Notes under the pieces: generated by a model
What the model was told of the DNA's origin: nothing
What the model saw: the letters and a program-made list of their open reading frames with translations, nothing else
The model's database searches: none
From: an uncultured Fibrobacteria bacterium
Lineage (GTDB): Bacteria > Fibrobacterota > Fibrobacteria > UBA11236
Direction: 5' to 3'
Assembly (NCBI GenBank): GCA_963716395.1
Contig: OY970309.1
Location: 736,001-800,000 of the forward strand
Length of the DNA: 64,000 nt
Translations under genes and position numbers: made by a program
Part shown: positions 39,537 to 49,565 of the stretch, piece after piece
Position numbering within the stretch: the first letter of the stretch is position 1
How the letters are laid out: every line of letters begins with the position of its first letter

Positions 39537-40868
39537 TTAAAAATCCGCCAGGCGGTTGGCGGCCCGGAAAAATTCCAGACGCGCCCGGTTGTAGGTGTAG
39601 ACGGCATCGATGGCGGCTTCATGCGCCAGGCTTACGCTGCCCTGCGCGGTGATGACTTCGAGGTTGCCCGATTCGCCGCTGCGGAAGCGCTCTTCGGCTA
39701 GGCGGGCCTCTTCGTCGGCGTAACGCGCGCGGTCGAGGGCATGCACGGCCTGATCGCGCGCCGACCGCATCCCCGCGGCCGCGGCGCGAATATCCTCTTC
39801 GACGCCCGTGCGCGCGTCCCGGCGTTCCAGATCGGCTTCATGCACCTTCTCGCGCTGCTCGCCGATGCGGGCCTCGCGTTGCCCGCCTTGCCAAAGGTTC
39901 CAATTCAACTGCAGCGCGATGGTTTCGGTCCACTTGGCGTTGGCGCTGAATTGCAAACCGCTGAGGCCGTAATCGCCATACAGATCCAGGGTCGGAAACC
40001 AATCATACTTGGCCGCACTCAGTTGGGCCCGGGCCGCTTCGGCATGCTGGTCGGCGGCCGCCACTTCGGGACGCGCCGCCACCGCGCCGGGCAACAGGTC
40101 GTCGACCGAATCCGCCGCCTGCGGCGTCTCCAGCGACAACGTGTCGGCCAGCACGGGATAGGCCGTCAGGGGCGCGCCCAGCACGCGCAGCAGGGTGTAA
40201 CGCGCCTGTTCTTCCTGGCCGGTGGCCGCGTCCAGCATGCTTTGGACCGAAGAGAGCTGGCCCTGGGCGCGCAACACGTCGACCTGGTTGGCCGCGCCCG
40301 CCCGCTTTTGCGCGCGGGTCAGGGTATCGAGGCGCTGGGCCATGGCCACTTCCAACGTGCGCGCCTGGATCAAAGCGCGGGCTCGTTCCAGCGACAAATA
40401 GGCGGCGGCCGCCATGGTCGCGGCGTCGTCGCGCGCCGCGCGCGCGTCCAAACCGCTCGACGCTTGATCGGCCTGTGCGGCGCGATAGCGTTCCCAGGCC
40501 GGGGCATTGAGCAGGGAAATGCGGCCGTTGAGGCGCGCATCTTCGGCGTTGAACGGGCCGACGAGATCAGGAAAACCTTGAAACGGCTGGCCCATCAAAG
40601 CGGGAAGGTCGAAGGAGCGCCGCACATCCGAGGCCGTAGCGCCGAATTGCGGCATCAACGCCCCGCGCGCCTCCTCGGTTTTTTCCGCCATGACCCGCGT
40701 CTGCGACAGGGCCAGGCGCGCTTTAAACGATCCCGTGCGCGCCGCTTCCATGGCCTGGCGCAAGCTGAGGCGCAAGGTGTCGGGTGCCGACGGAACCGGC
40801 GCGGCCGGTAATGCCGCAACGGCAAAAAAGCCGAAAAAGCTGCAAAGGCCCAGGCAAATAGTTTTCAT
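39537..40868 (-). CDS. TolC family outer membrane protein
   Basis: Signal peptide from MKTICLG; OEP repeats; ATGA overlap with tetR. Confidence 0.9.
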   Translation of the reverse strand: MKTICLGLCSFFGFFAVAALPAAPVPSAPDTLRLSLRQAMEAARTGSFKARLALSQTRVMAEKTEEARGALMPQFGATASDVRRSFDLPALMGQPFQGFPDLVGPFNAEDARLNGRISLLNAPAWERYRAAQADQASSGLDARAARDDAATMAAAAYLSLERARALIQARTLEVAMAQRLDTLTRAQKRAGAANQVDVLRAQGQLSSVQSMLDAATGQEEQARYTLLRVLGAPLTAYPVLADTLSLETPQAADSVDDLLPGAVAARPEVAAADQHAEAARAQLSAAKYDWFPTLDLYGDYGLSGLQFSANAKWTETIALQLNWNLWQGGQREARIGEQREKVHEADLERRDARTGVEEDIRAAAAGMRSARDQAVHALDRARYADEEARLAEERFRSGESGNLEVITAQGSVSLAHEAAIDAVYTYNRARLEFFRAANRLADF

Positions 40869-41524
40869 GCTTTTTTTCCCCGCACCGGCCGCACGGCCAG
40901 GCCTTGAATCGCGAAATCCGAAGCGGCCGCCAGCATTCCCGCCGCGGCGGGATGATCCCATTTGCCGACGCCCAGGTGGATTTGCAGCAACGCCTGTTGC
41001 GACAACCCCGAATGCAAAAGCCGCGCGATGCAGCGCGCGTCGGCGTCGGGGCGAAATTCGCCGCGGCGCTGCCCCTCGGTGATGACCCGTTCGGCCAGCC
41101 GCCACGACCGCATCAAGCCGTTGCGCACCCACAGGCGGAACAAGGCCGGCAATTCATGCGCGATTTCGCCCAGGAGCAATTTGTTGAAGCGGCCCCAATC
41201 CTTATGCGACCAGCGGTCCCAGGATCGGCGCAGCAAAAAGCGTAGGCGATCCGCGGCCGTGCCTTCGAATTCCTCCACGGCGGCTTCGGCCAGGGCCAGC
41301 ATGGTCGTCATTTTGTATTCCAGCGCGCGCTCCAATAAGTCTTCTTTGTTGCGAAAGTAATGGTAGATGGTGCCCTTGGATACGCCCGCGGCTTCGGCCA
41401 CTTCTTCGAGGCGCGTGGCGCGGTAGCCCCGGCGCCCGAACACCGACAAGGCCGCCTGGTACAGGGCCTCGGGCCGTTCCTCGGCCTTGCGTCTCCATTT
41501 GGGCTTGAGCGGGGCGGAAACCAT
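40865..41524 (-). CDS. TetR/AcrR family transcriptional regulator
   Basis: GYRATRLEEVAEAAGVSKGTIYHYFRNKEDL HTH. Confidence 0.95.
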   Translation of the reverse strand: MVSAPLKPKWRRKAEERPEALYQAALSVFGRRGYRATRLEEVAEAAGVSKGTIYHYFRNKEDLLERALEYKMTTMLALAEAAVEEFEGTAADRLRFLLRRSWDRWSHKDWGRFNKLLLGEIAHELPALFRLWVRNGLMRSWRLAERVITEGQRRGEFRPDADARCIARLLHSGLSQQALLQIHLGVGKWDHPAAAGMLAAASDFAIQGLAVRPVRGKKA

Positions 41525-41538
41525 CTGTCCTCGTTCTG

Positions 41539-41587
41539 AAATAATTGACCGTGGAGTATTTTACTTTCTAGTCGATTATTTTGTCAA
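41539..41587 (-). promoter_or_regulatory. sigma70 promoter of the tetR-tolC-emrAB operon overlapped by an imperfect palindrome (likely TetR operator)
   Basis: Minus strand TTGACA-N18-TAAAAT (41587-41558); AAATAATTGAC...GTCGATTATTT inverted repeat (41539-41581). Confidence 0.65.
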
Positions 41588-41664
41588 CCCGGACCGGCCG
41601 GGCGGCGCCTGCCTTCCGCAACCGGCCGGCCACGGCCGCCGTAACGGCGACCTATATTTGGGGT

Positions 41665-42771
41665 ATGTCGAGCATTTTCGGCCGGTTGTTCCAATTGTCG
41701 ACCTTCGGCGAAAGCCATGGGCCGGCCGTGGGCGTGGTCGTCGACGGCTGCCCCAGCGGCCTGCCGCTTGCCGCCGCGGAAATCCAGGCCGACCTCGACC
41801 GCCGGCGTCCGGGGCAAAGCAAGCTGACCACGCAACGCCGCGAAGCCGATACTGTGCGCATTCTTTCGGGGTGCTACCTGGGCCGCGCCACGGGATCGCC
41901 CATCGCCCTGCTGGTGGAAAACACCGACGCCCGCTCGCAGGATTACGACGCGATGGCCGAGTTGTACCGGCCTTCGCATGCCGACTTCACCTATGACCTG
42001 AAATACGGTTTCCGCGATCCGCGCGGGGGCGGGCGCGCCTCGGCGCGCGAAACCATCGGACGCGTGGCGGCCGGGGCCATTGCACGCAAACTCTTGCGCC
42101 AAGCCTGCGGCGCCGAAGTGCTGGCCTTCGTACAGCAGGTGGGCCGCGAAGAAACCGGCATCGATCCCGTGACCGTGACCCTGGATCAGGTCGAGGCCTC
42201 GCTGGCGCGCTGTCCCGATCCCGAAACTTCGGCGCGCATGGAAGCGGCCATCGCAGCCGCGCGCAAGGATCAGGACAGCCTGGGCGGCGTGGTGCAGCTC
42301 GTGATCAAAAATCCGCCGCCCGGCCTGGGCGAGCCGGTATTCCATCGGGTCGAGGCGGAACTGGCGCGCGCATTTCTGTCGCTGCCCGCCACCAAGGGGT
42401 TTGAAATCGGCAGCGGCTTCGCGGGCACGCGCCTGCGCGGCAGCGAACACAACGATTTGTTTGCGAACCGCGGCGGCCGCATCGGCACCGAGACCAACCG
42501 CTCGGGCGGCGTGCAGGGCGGCATCACCAACGGCGAACCGATTTTATGCCGCGTGGCCTTCAAACCCACGGCCACCATTTCGCGGCCGCAGCGCACCGTC
42601 GACAAACAGGGCCGCGAAGCCGTGCTCCAGGCCAAGGGGCGCCACGATCCCTGCGTGTTGCCGCGGGCCGTGGTTATGGTCGAGGCCATGGCGGCCTTGG
42701 TCCTGGCCGATTTGTTTTTGGAGCAGCGGGCCCGCGCCGGATTGTTCCCGCCGGACGGAAAAACCGAGTGA
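41665..42771 (+). CDS. aroC: Chorismate synthase
   Basis: [37 protein letters not shown]. Confidence 0.98.
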   Translation: MSSIFGRLFQLSTFGESHGPAVGVVVDGCPSGLPLAAAEIQADLDRRRPGQSKLTTQRREADTVRILSGCYLGRATGSPIALLVENTDARSQDYDAMAELYRPSHADFTYDLKYGFRDPRGGGRASARETIGRVAAGAIARKLLRQACGAEVLAFVQQVGREETGIDPVTVTLDQVEASLARCPDPETSARMEAAIAAARKDQDSLGGVVQLVIKNPPPGLGEPVFHRVEAELARAFLSLPATKGFEIGSGFAGTRLRGSEHNDLFANRGGRIGTETNRSGGVQGGITNGEPILCRVAFKPTATISRPQRTVDKQGREAVLQAKGRHDPCVLPRAVVMVEAMAALVLADLFLEQRARAGLFPPDGKTE

Positions 42772-42810
42772 CCCGCCGCGACGCACCGCCGGGCGCGCGC
42801 GGGAGAAAAT

Positions 42811-43248
42811 TCATTTCGCTTTCGATTTGGCTTTTTTCTTCGCCGGCTTCGCGGGTTTCGCCGGCGGCAGCGGCATGAGAACGCTGCAACGATTGCCCTC
42901 GGTGTCCAGGAACGACACATAGCTTCCGACGCCGGGTATCGGCATGGGTTCGCCGAGAACTTGGCCGCCGGCGCCGGCGATTTTCTTCATGGCCCTTTTG
43001 ATATCGGCCACGGCGATGACGATGGACGGAACCGGCTGCGGTCCGTCGGCGCTCTTCGGGAAAAATCCCCCGTTGATCGCACCGGGTTTTTTCGGACCTT
43101 TTTTTCCGCTTTCGGTGGTCGTGGCCATCACGTAATTTCCCATCTCGGCGCCCATCTTTTCGGTGGCCCAACCGAAAACCGATTGGTAAAACTTCGCCAT
43201 GCGATCCCGATTGTCGAACGGCATTTCAAAATGAATGACCGGATCCAT
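42811..43248 (-). CDS. VOC (glyoxalase/bleomycin resistance) family protein
   Basis: VIHFEMP, FYQSVFGW, GAINGG, IPGVG...FLDTEGN; Lys-rich tail. Confidence 0.9.
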   Translation of the reverse strand: MDPVIHFEMPFDNRDRMAKFYQSVFGWATEKMGAEMGNYVMATTTESGKKGPKKPGAINGGFFPKSADGPQPVPSIVIAVADIKRAMKKIAGAGGQVLGEPMPIPGVGSYVSFLDTEGNRCSVLMPLPPAKPAKPAKKKAKSKAK

Positions 43249-43817
43249 TTTTCCCTCCAGGTATTTTGTTGTTCTCGTTGCATTCCATTCCGGCCGAAAC
43301 GTAGCTTCCGCAGGATGCGGAGGCCATGCGAACGCCCGGTTTTTGTGGACGCCCGCCCCCATTTTCCTTCAGCGACGAAAAGCGATCCTTCCGATTTTCT
43401 TATGCTCGGTTTTTCTGCCGTATTTATTTCCCATTCATAGCATGCGCGAAGCGCGACAGCATTTTATCAAGCACGGATGGTAAGACCTCTAGATCCGAAA
43501 TATCTTTTCCAAATTGCCGGGATGTTTGTACGGACGCATTCCTTGCTGAAGGACGATCATGGGCGCCGACAACGTCACTGAACGACTTTTGTAGCCTAAG
43601 AATTTCCAAACACTCATTGGCCGAAAAAAAGTGCGAAGAAAAATCGTGCAAAGCAGGCTTTCCCCGATTTAGCGGACACCGGGGCACCAACGCCATCCGC
43701 GATGCTTCGCCCCCTATTGGGCGCGGAGCGAATAGACACCCGAGAATGTGTTCAATATCCTTATATAATTCGCATATTTCAGCACTTTTTTAACGTCCCT
43801 TTTCAGAGGTGTGAAAC

Positions 43818-45008
43818 GTGACTGAAAATGAAAACTATCAGCGGTTTTTACCCCAAGACGGTTTCACAGGCACTTTGCTCGGCCGGGCCTGGATTCCGGC
43901 CTCCGCTTCCCAGAAAATCGCGGGGCCGAGTCCCGTTTGGATCACTCAGGAAGGGGTATTTGATCTCTCCCCCATTGCGCCCACCTGCGCGGAACTGCTC
44001 AACAACGGTTTTTCATCCAAAGTTGCCGATGCGTCCAAGCTGAAACGCCTCGGAAGCTATGCAGAGATCATGGCCAACACCATGACCCGTTCGCCCGCAA
44101 ACGGCCTCCCCCGATTTCTGTCACCCGTGGATATACAAGCCATCAAAGCCTGCGGCGTCACCTTTGCCGTCAGCATGTTGGAACGGGTCATTGAAGAACG
44201 CGCCGCGGGAGATGTCAAGAAAGCCGCCGAAATCAGAGGGAAGATCAAGGAGCGCATCGGAGCGGATATTTCCAGCGTCAAACCGGGATCGGCGAAAGCC
44301 GAGGAATTGAAAACGGCCTTGAAGTCGGAAGGACTGTGGTCGCAATATCTTGAAGTGGGCATCGGGCCTTATGTCGAGGTTTTCACCAAAGCCCAGCCCC
44401 TTTCGTCCGTGGGACCGGGCGCCGAAATCGGAATTCTCTCCGTTTCCTCATGGAACAATCCCGAACCTGAAACCGTTCTGCTGGTGAACGCCAAGGCGAA
44501 CGTGGTGGGCGCCACCCTGGGCAATGACGTCAATCTGCGAGACATCGAAGGACGCAGCGCCCTGCTGCTGGGCAAGGCCAAGGACAACAACGCCTCCTGT
44601 GCCATCGGCCCGTTCATCCGTCTCTTCGACGAAAGCTTCACCTTGGATCATGTGCGCAATCAGGACGTGGGGCTGACCATCGAAGGGGATGACGGGTTCA
44701 GGCTTTCCGAAACCAGTCCGATGAAGAAAATCAGCCGCGACGTGCTGGAATTGGTGTCTCAGACCATCAACGAAAATCACCAGTATCCGGACGGCATCGC
44801 CTTGTTCACAGGCACGTTGTTCGCGCCCACGCAGAACCGCGGCGGCGAGGGCAAGGGTTTCACCCACAAGCCGGGAGACGTCGTCGGCATCCATTCGAAA
44901 AAATTGGGCGTATTGCAAAACACGGTGACGCATTGCCACCGAGCTCCTGCGTGGGAATTCGGCATTTCCGCATTGATGAAAAACCTCGCGGACCGCGGGC
45001 TTTTGTAA
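43818..45008 (+). CDS. FAH-family protein, XylX-like 2-keto-3-deoxypentonate dehydratase
   Basis: QAIKACGVTFAVSMLERVIEE, WSQYLEVGIGP, WNNPEPE, NDVNLRDIEGRSALLL, HQYPDG. Confidence 0.88.
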   Translation: MTENENYQRFLPQDGFTGTLLGRAWIPASASQKIAGPSPVWITQEGVFDLSPIAPTCAELLNNGFSSKVADASKLKRLGSYAEIMANTMTRSPANGLPRFLSPVDIQAIKACGVTFAVSMLERVIEERAAGDVKKAAEIRGKIKERIGADISSVKPGSAKAEELKTALKSEGLWSQYLEVGIGPYVEVFTKAQPLSSVGPGAEIGILSVSSWNNPEPETVLLVNAKANVVGATLGNDVNLRDIEGRSALLLGKAKDNNASCAIGPFIRLFDESFTLDHVRNQDVGLTIEGDDGFRLSETSPMKKISRDVLELVSQTINENHQYPDGIALFTGTLFAPTQNRGGEGKGFTHKPGDVVGIHSKKLGVLQNTVTHCHRAPAWEFGISALMKNLADRGLL

Positions 45009-45045
45009 AAGCGATTACTATGAAAAACCGGAGAGGGTCGCCACC

Positions 45046-46620
45046 ATGATTCCATTGCAGCGGCAATCCTACGTGGGTGGCGACTGGGTGACTCCCGGCG
45101 GCAAATCTTTTCAGTCGCAAAATCCGCGCACCCGTGAAATCGTCGCTGCCTACACGAGTTGCGGAGCGGCGGAAGTGGAACACGCGCTGGCGTTGGCCCA
45201 AGAAGCCGCTGAAAAATACCGGCTACTCGCTAAAAATTCCGTCGCAAAATTCCTGCACGCCATCGCCGGCGAGATTGAAGCCCTAGGCGATCAATTATTG
45301 GAAACCGCCGACAGGGAAACAGGATTGGGCCTCCCGCGCCTAACCGGGGAACGCGCCCGGACGTGCGGACAGATACGCGCCTTCGCCCAACTGGTTGAAG
45401 ACGGCGAATGGGTGCAAGCCAGCATCGACACCGCGCAGCCGGACCGGCAGCCTGTGCCCAGGCCGGACATCCGCCGCATGTTGCGGCCGATAGGTCCCGT
45501 GGTGGTTTTTGGCGCCTCCAATTTTCCGTTCGCCTTCGGAACCGTCGGAGGTGACACCGCCTCGGCGCTGGCCGCGGGGAATCCGGTGGTCGTGAAAGGA
45601 CATTCCTTTCATCCGGCCACGTCGGAACTTTTTTGCCACGCCGTGGACGGGGCGATCAAGACCTGCGGCATGCCCAAGGGAATATTTTCGCTGTTGTTGG
45701 GAAACGGGCATGATCTCGGCGTCGCCTTGGTGAAGCATCCCTTCACCCGGGCTGTGGGTTTTACAGGATCCTTGCAGGGTGGGCGCACCTTCATGGACCT
45801 TGCGGCGAGCCGCGAAGTTCCCATTCCCGTTTACACCGAGATGGGAAGCATCAATCCCGTCTTCATCTGCGAAGACGCCTTGAAGACGAGGGCCGAATCC
45901 ATCGCCGCAGGGCTCAGCGCCTCGGCATGTCTGGGCACCGGTCAATTCTGCACTTCACCGGGCGTGGCGGTCACGTTGAAGAACCGGGAGTTCGAAGAAC
46001 TGCTGAAGCGGAAATTCGCAGAGAAGGCGCGCGGCGTTTTGCTGCACACCCGCATTGCCGGCGCGTTTTCAGACGCGCTTTCCAGAATGTCACAACGTTC
46101 CGATGTCGAGTGGCTCAACCCCGTTCCGGTGGGCGACGACATTCTTTTTCCCCCGAATGTTTTATTCAAAACCACCGCCGCGGTCTTTCTCGCCGATCCG
46201 GCGTTGTCGGAAGAGATCTTCGGGCCGGCGACCTTGCTCGTGGTCTGCGATGACGCGCATCAAATGACGGAGATCGCAAAAAAGACGGCGGGCAACCTGA
46301 CCGCCTCCATTCACGCGACGGAATCGGATGCCCAGGCCCCGGTGTTGTTGGGAATCCTGGAGCAGAAAGTCGGACGGGTTCTCTTCAACGGCTACCCCAC
46401 CGGCGTCGAAGTCGTTCCTTCCATGCAGCACGGCGGGCCTTATCCCGCGGCCTCCGTAGCTTCCTCCACCAGCGTGGGCGCCGATGCCATCACCCGCTTT
46501 GCGCGCTTCGTGGCGTATCAAAACGTACCCGATGCGCTTTTGCCGGACGCCGTGAAAAACGGAAACCCGTTTGGAATCCACCGCAAGGTCAACGGCAAGC
46601 TGACGCGGGACGCCGTGTGA
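45046..46620 (+). CDS. Aldehyde dehydrogenase (NADP+), alpha-ketoglutaric semialdehyde dehydrogenase type
   Basis: FGASNFPFAF, GGDTASALAAG, GFTGS, EMGSINP, GQFCTSPG, NGYPTGVEV, HGGPYPA. Confidence 0.92.
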   Translation: MIPLQRQSYVGGDWVTPGGKSFQSQNPRTREIVAAYTSCGAAEVEHALALAQEAAEKYRLLAKNSVAKFLHAIAGEIEALGDQLLETADRETGLGLPRLTGERARTCGQIRAFAQLVEDGEWVQASIDTAQPDRQPVPRPDIRRMLRPIGPVVVFGASNFPFAFGTVGGDTASALAAGNPVVVKGHSFHPATSELFCHAVDGAIKTCGMPKGIFSLLLGNGHDLGVALVKHPFTRAVGFTGSLQGGRTFMDLAASREVPIPVYTEMGSINPVFICEDALKTRAESIAAGLSASACLGTGQFCTSPGVAVTLKNREFEELLKRKFAEKARGVLLHTRIAGAFSDALSRMSQRSDVEWLNPVPVGDDILFPPNVLFKTTAAVFLADPALSEEIFGPATLLVVCDDAHQMTEIAKKTAGNLTASIHATESDAQAPVLLGILEQKVGRVLFNGYPTGVEVVPSMQHGGPYPAASVASSTSVGADAITRFARFVAYQNVPDALLPDAVKNGNPFGIHRKVNGKLTRDAV

Positions 46621-46621
46621 C

Positions 46622-47572
46622 ATGAACGTCGTCATCACCGATTGCAACTTCGCCTCCTTTGCCGAAGAGCAAGGAATGTGCGGCCGCAATGGCCACCGGC
46701 TCGCCATCCTGCAATGCCAAACCCCTGAAGAAGTCATCGCCCATACCGCCGATGCCGACGCCTTGTTCGTGCAATACGCGCCCATCACCGACGCGGTGCT
46801 GGCAAATCTGAAGCGATGCCGGGTCATCGTCCGATACGGCATCGGACTCGACAACATCGATTTGGCGGCGGCGAAAAAACACGGGGTGCGCGTATGCAAT
46901 GTTCCGGATTACGGAAGCGACGAGGTCGCCGATCACGCCGCCGCCCTGACCTTGACCTTGCTGCGGCAAATTGCCTTTCTCGACGGTTCCATCCGGCGGG
47001 GCCATTGGCCCTCCGCCACGCCGACCCCCATGCGGTCGTGCCAGGGAATGACTTTCGGGATCGCCGGCGCGGGCCGAATAGGCCGGGCCGCGCTCGCACG
47101 CATGCGCGCCTTCGGATTCAAACTGGCGGCGTACGATCCCTATGTGGATGAAAAGACCCTCAAGGAAATCGGCGTGGAAAAATTTTCACTCGACGCATTG
47201 TTCGCGCAGGCCGACGTTCTTTCCCTGCATCTGCCGTTGAACAAGGAAACGCATCACTTCGTGGACGGCGCCCGGTTGCGGTCCATGCAGAACCACGCCA
47301 TTCTGATCAACACGTCCCGGGGCGGCCTCATCGACACGCGCGCGCTGGCCGCCGCCCTTGACCGCGGCGAAATCGGCCATGCGGGCATCGATGTTTTCGA
47401 GAACGAGCCTTTGGAGCCGGATCATCCGCTGCGAACCTGCAGAAATGCCGTGCTGACGCCGCACATCGCGTATTACAGCGCGGCCAGCATCGTGCGACTG
47501 CAACGATTCGCCGCCGAGGAAGTGGAACGGGCCTTGAACGGTCAACCCTTGCGTTGCGAATACGGCGGGTGA
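46622..47572 (+). CDS. D-2-hydroxyacid dehydrogenase (CtBP/SerA-like)
   Basis: RYGIGLDNID, NVPDY, GAGRIG, INTSRGG, DVFENEP, TPHIAYYS. Confidence 0.92.
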   Translation: MNVVITDCNFASFAEEQGMCGRNGHRLAILQCQTPEEVIAHTADADALFVQYAPITDAVLANLKRCRVIVRYGIGLDNIDLAAAKKHGVRVCNVPDYGSDEVADHAAALTLTLLRQIAFLDGSIRRGHWPSATPTPMRSCQGMTFGIAGAGRIGRAALARMRAFGFKLAAYDPYVDEKTLKEIGVEKFSLDALFAQADVLSLHLPLNKETHHFVDGARLRSMQNHAILINTSRGGLIDTRALAAALDRGEIGHAGIDVFENEPLEPDHPLRTCRNAVLTPHIAYYSAASIVRLQRFAAEEVERALNGQPLRCEYGG

Positions 47573-47575
47573 ATC

Positions 47576-48454
47576 ATGGCCGATGTGAAATGCGTCTGGG
47601 AAATTCCGGCGATCCTGGGTGAAGGTCCGTTATGGGTGGCTCGGGAGAACGCCGTGTACTGGGTGGATGTGGTCGGCAGGAAAGTGCATCGCCTTTCCCT
47701 TGCCGACGGCACGCGCAAGACCTGGTCATTCGACACGGAAGTGACGAGCCTGGCGGAGCGAAAGCAGGGAGGATTCGTCGGCACGACGCGGCATGGACTA
47801 GCCTTTTTCGATTTCACGTCCGACGAAGTGAAACCCCGAATCATCGCCTCATTCGAAACCAACATTCCCGGAAACCGGTTCAATGACGGCAAGGCGGATG
47901 TGCATGGCCGCTTCTGGACGGGAACTGTGGATGAGGCGAACTGGAGGGATGAAACCGGAAGTCTTTACCGGATGGATGGCGATCTGTCGATTAAAAAAAT
48001 CGAGGCCGGATACATCTGCTCGAATGGCCCCGCTTTCAGCGTAGATAACAAGACTTTTTATCACACGGAAACCATGAAGGGAACCGTTTACGCATACGAC
48101 TTCAACAGCGAAGGCGGGATCAGCAACAAACGTCCTTTTGTCCGGTTGCAGGATGGCGAAGGGGGACCGGACGGTATGACGGTGGACCGTGAAGATTGTC
48201 TCTGGGTCTGTCACTTTGGAGGCGCGCGGATCACGCGCTTCTCGCCAAAAGGCGAACTGTTGCAAACCGTTCCGATACCGGTTCCCAATGTGACCAGTTG
48301 CACCTTTGCCGGCCCGGAATTGGACACGCTTTACATCACCACGGCGCGTTACGGCCTGCGCGATGAAGATGTGAAAAAGTTTCCATTGGCCGGAAGCCTG
48401 TTCTCGTTCAAACCCGGCGTCAAAGGACTGCCAACACCGCTCTTTGCCGGATAA
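47576..48454 (+). CDS. SMP-30/gluconolactonase family sugar lactonase (XylC-like)
   Basis: LGEGPLW, NRFNDG, SNGPAFS, PDGMTVD, TSCTFAG, LYITTA. Confidence 0.92.
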   Translation: MADVKCVWEIPAILGEGPLWVARENAVYWVDVVGRKVHRLSLADGTRKTWSFDTEVTSLAERKQGGFVGTTRHGLAFFDFTSDEVKPRIIASFETNIPGNRFNDGKADVHGRFWTGTVDEANWRDETGSLYRMDGDLSIKKIEAGYICSNGPAFSVDNKTFYHTETMKGTVYAYDFNSEGGISNKRPFVRLQDGEGGPDGMTVDREDCLWVCHFGGARITRFSPKGELLQTVPIPVPNVTSCTFAGPELDTLYITTARYGLRDEDVKKFPLAGSLFSFKPGVKGLPTPLFAG

Positions 48455-48514
48455 GGTTTTCTTCCGTTCGCCCTTTAAAGTGGTCTTCCCCTAGTTTTGC
48501 ATCCCGCGGAAATT

Positions 48515-49552
48515 TCAATCCCGGTTGCGGATCGCGGCCAGACTGTCAGCGGCGGCCTGGCTCAAATCCTTGTCGCCGGCATTGAAATACGCGGCCACCA
48601 CGTTTTTGATCCCGGTTTTGCCCCGCCCATCGCCCAGGCGGTAGGCCGCCAGGAATTCTTCCAGCGCATGATCGTAGCGCCGCTGCCCGAAATAGATCAG
48701 ACCACGGCGCAAATGAAAATCGGCCTGATCGACGCCGGCGCGAATGCCGTCTTCGAGCGCCAGCAAGGCGAGAAAATCCTCGCCCTCGTGTTGGTGGATT
48801 TCGGCGATACGCAGGTAATAGTCGGCGCGCTTGGGCGCCAGCAGCAAGCCTTCTTCGTAAGCCCGCACCGCCTTCACGGTGTTGCTGTCGAGCTCGTAAA
48901 TCTGCCCGAGGTAGAAGTACGCATCGGCCGTAGGCCGTTCCATGCGCACCAGCGCCTCGTCCAGCACCTTTTCGGCCGCGGGGTAATCGCGAATGCTGGC
49001 GTCGGCTTCAGCCATCGACATATACAGGTCCGGCACCTCGGGGTCGATTTGCGCGGCGGCGTCGAAGTAGCGTAACGCATCGGTGACGTCGTCGACCCGG
49101 AGCGCGCATTCGCCCAGCATTTGCCGGGCGTGGAACGAGGTCTCTTCGAGGTGTTCGAGATGGGTGTAGGCCACCACGGCTTCGGGAATGGCGTCGAGCG
49201 TATAGTACACGTCGCCCAGCACCTGGTAGGCGCGCGAGAAGTTGGGCGCTTCTTCGAGGGAGCGGCGGTAGGCCACGATGGCTTTGGGGTAGGCATGCAC
49301 CTGCACCTGGCAATTGCCCAGGTTGAACCAGGCGAAGGAGCTTTGCAGGCCGTGCGCGTTGCGCGTGGCCTTCAGGTATTGCGCGGCGGCGGCAGAATAA
49401 TCGCCTTTGTCGTACAAGGCGTTGCCGAGCGTCAGCGGATCTTTAGGCGCCGCGTCGGGCGGTTTATCCACGCTTTGCGCCCCGGTCAGGCTCCAGGCCG
49501 AGAGCAGCAGCGCCGCGAGGGCCGGAAAACGGAAGGTGCGTGGGGTTCGCAT
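48515..49552 (-). CDS. Exported TPR protein (TtpD-like, last gene of the TonB operon)
   Basis: Signal peptide followed by tandem TPRs. Confidence 0.88.
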   Translation of the reverse strand: MRTPRTFRFPALAALLLSAWSLTGAQSVDKPPDAAPKDPLTLGNALYDKGDYSAAAAQYLKATRNAHGLQSSFAWFNLGNCQVQVHAYPKAIVAYRRSLEEAPNFSRAYQVLGDVYYTLDAIPEAVVAYTHLEHLEETSFHARQMLGECALRVDDVTDALRYFDAAAQIDPEVPDLYMSMAEADASIRDYPAAEKVLDEALVRMERPTADAYFYLGQIYELDSNTVKAVRAYEEGLLLAPKRADYYLRIAEIHQHEGEDFLALLALEDGIRAGVDQADFHLRRGLIYFGQRRYDHALEEFLAAYRLGDGRGKTGIKNVVAAYFNAGDKDLSQAAADSLAAIRNRD

Positions 49553-49565
49553 GACGAAAAATCCG

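Noticed and set aside
43249-43817. ORFs or an ncRNA in the 570-bp spacer before the Weimberg-like operon
   Set aside because: Atypical composition and no motifs; only a TATAAT at 43764 was recognisable.
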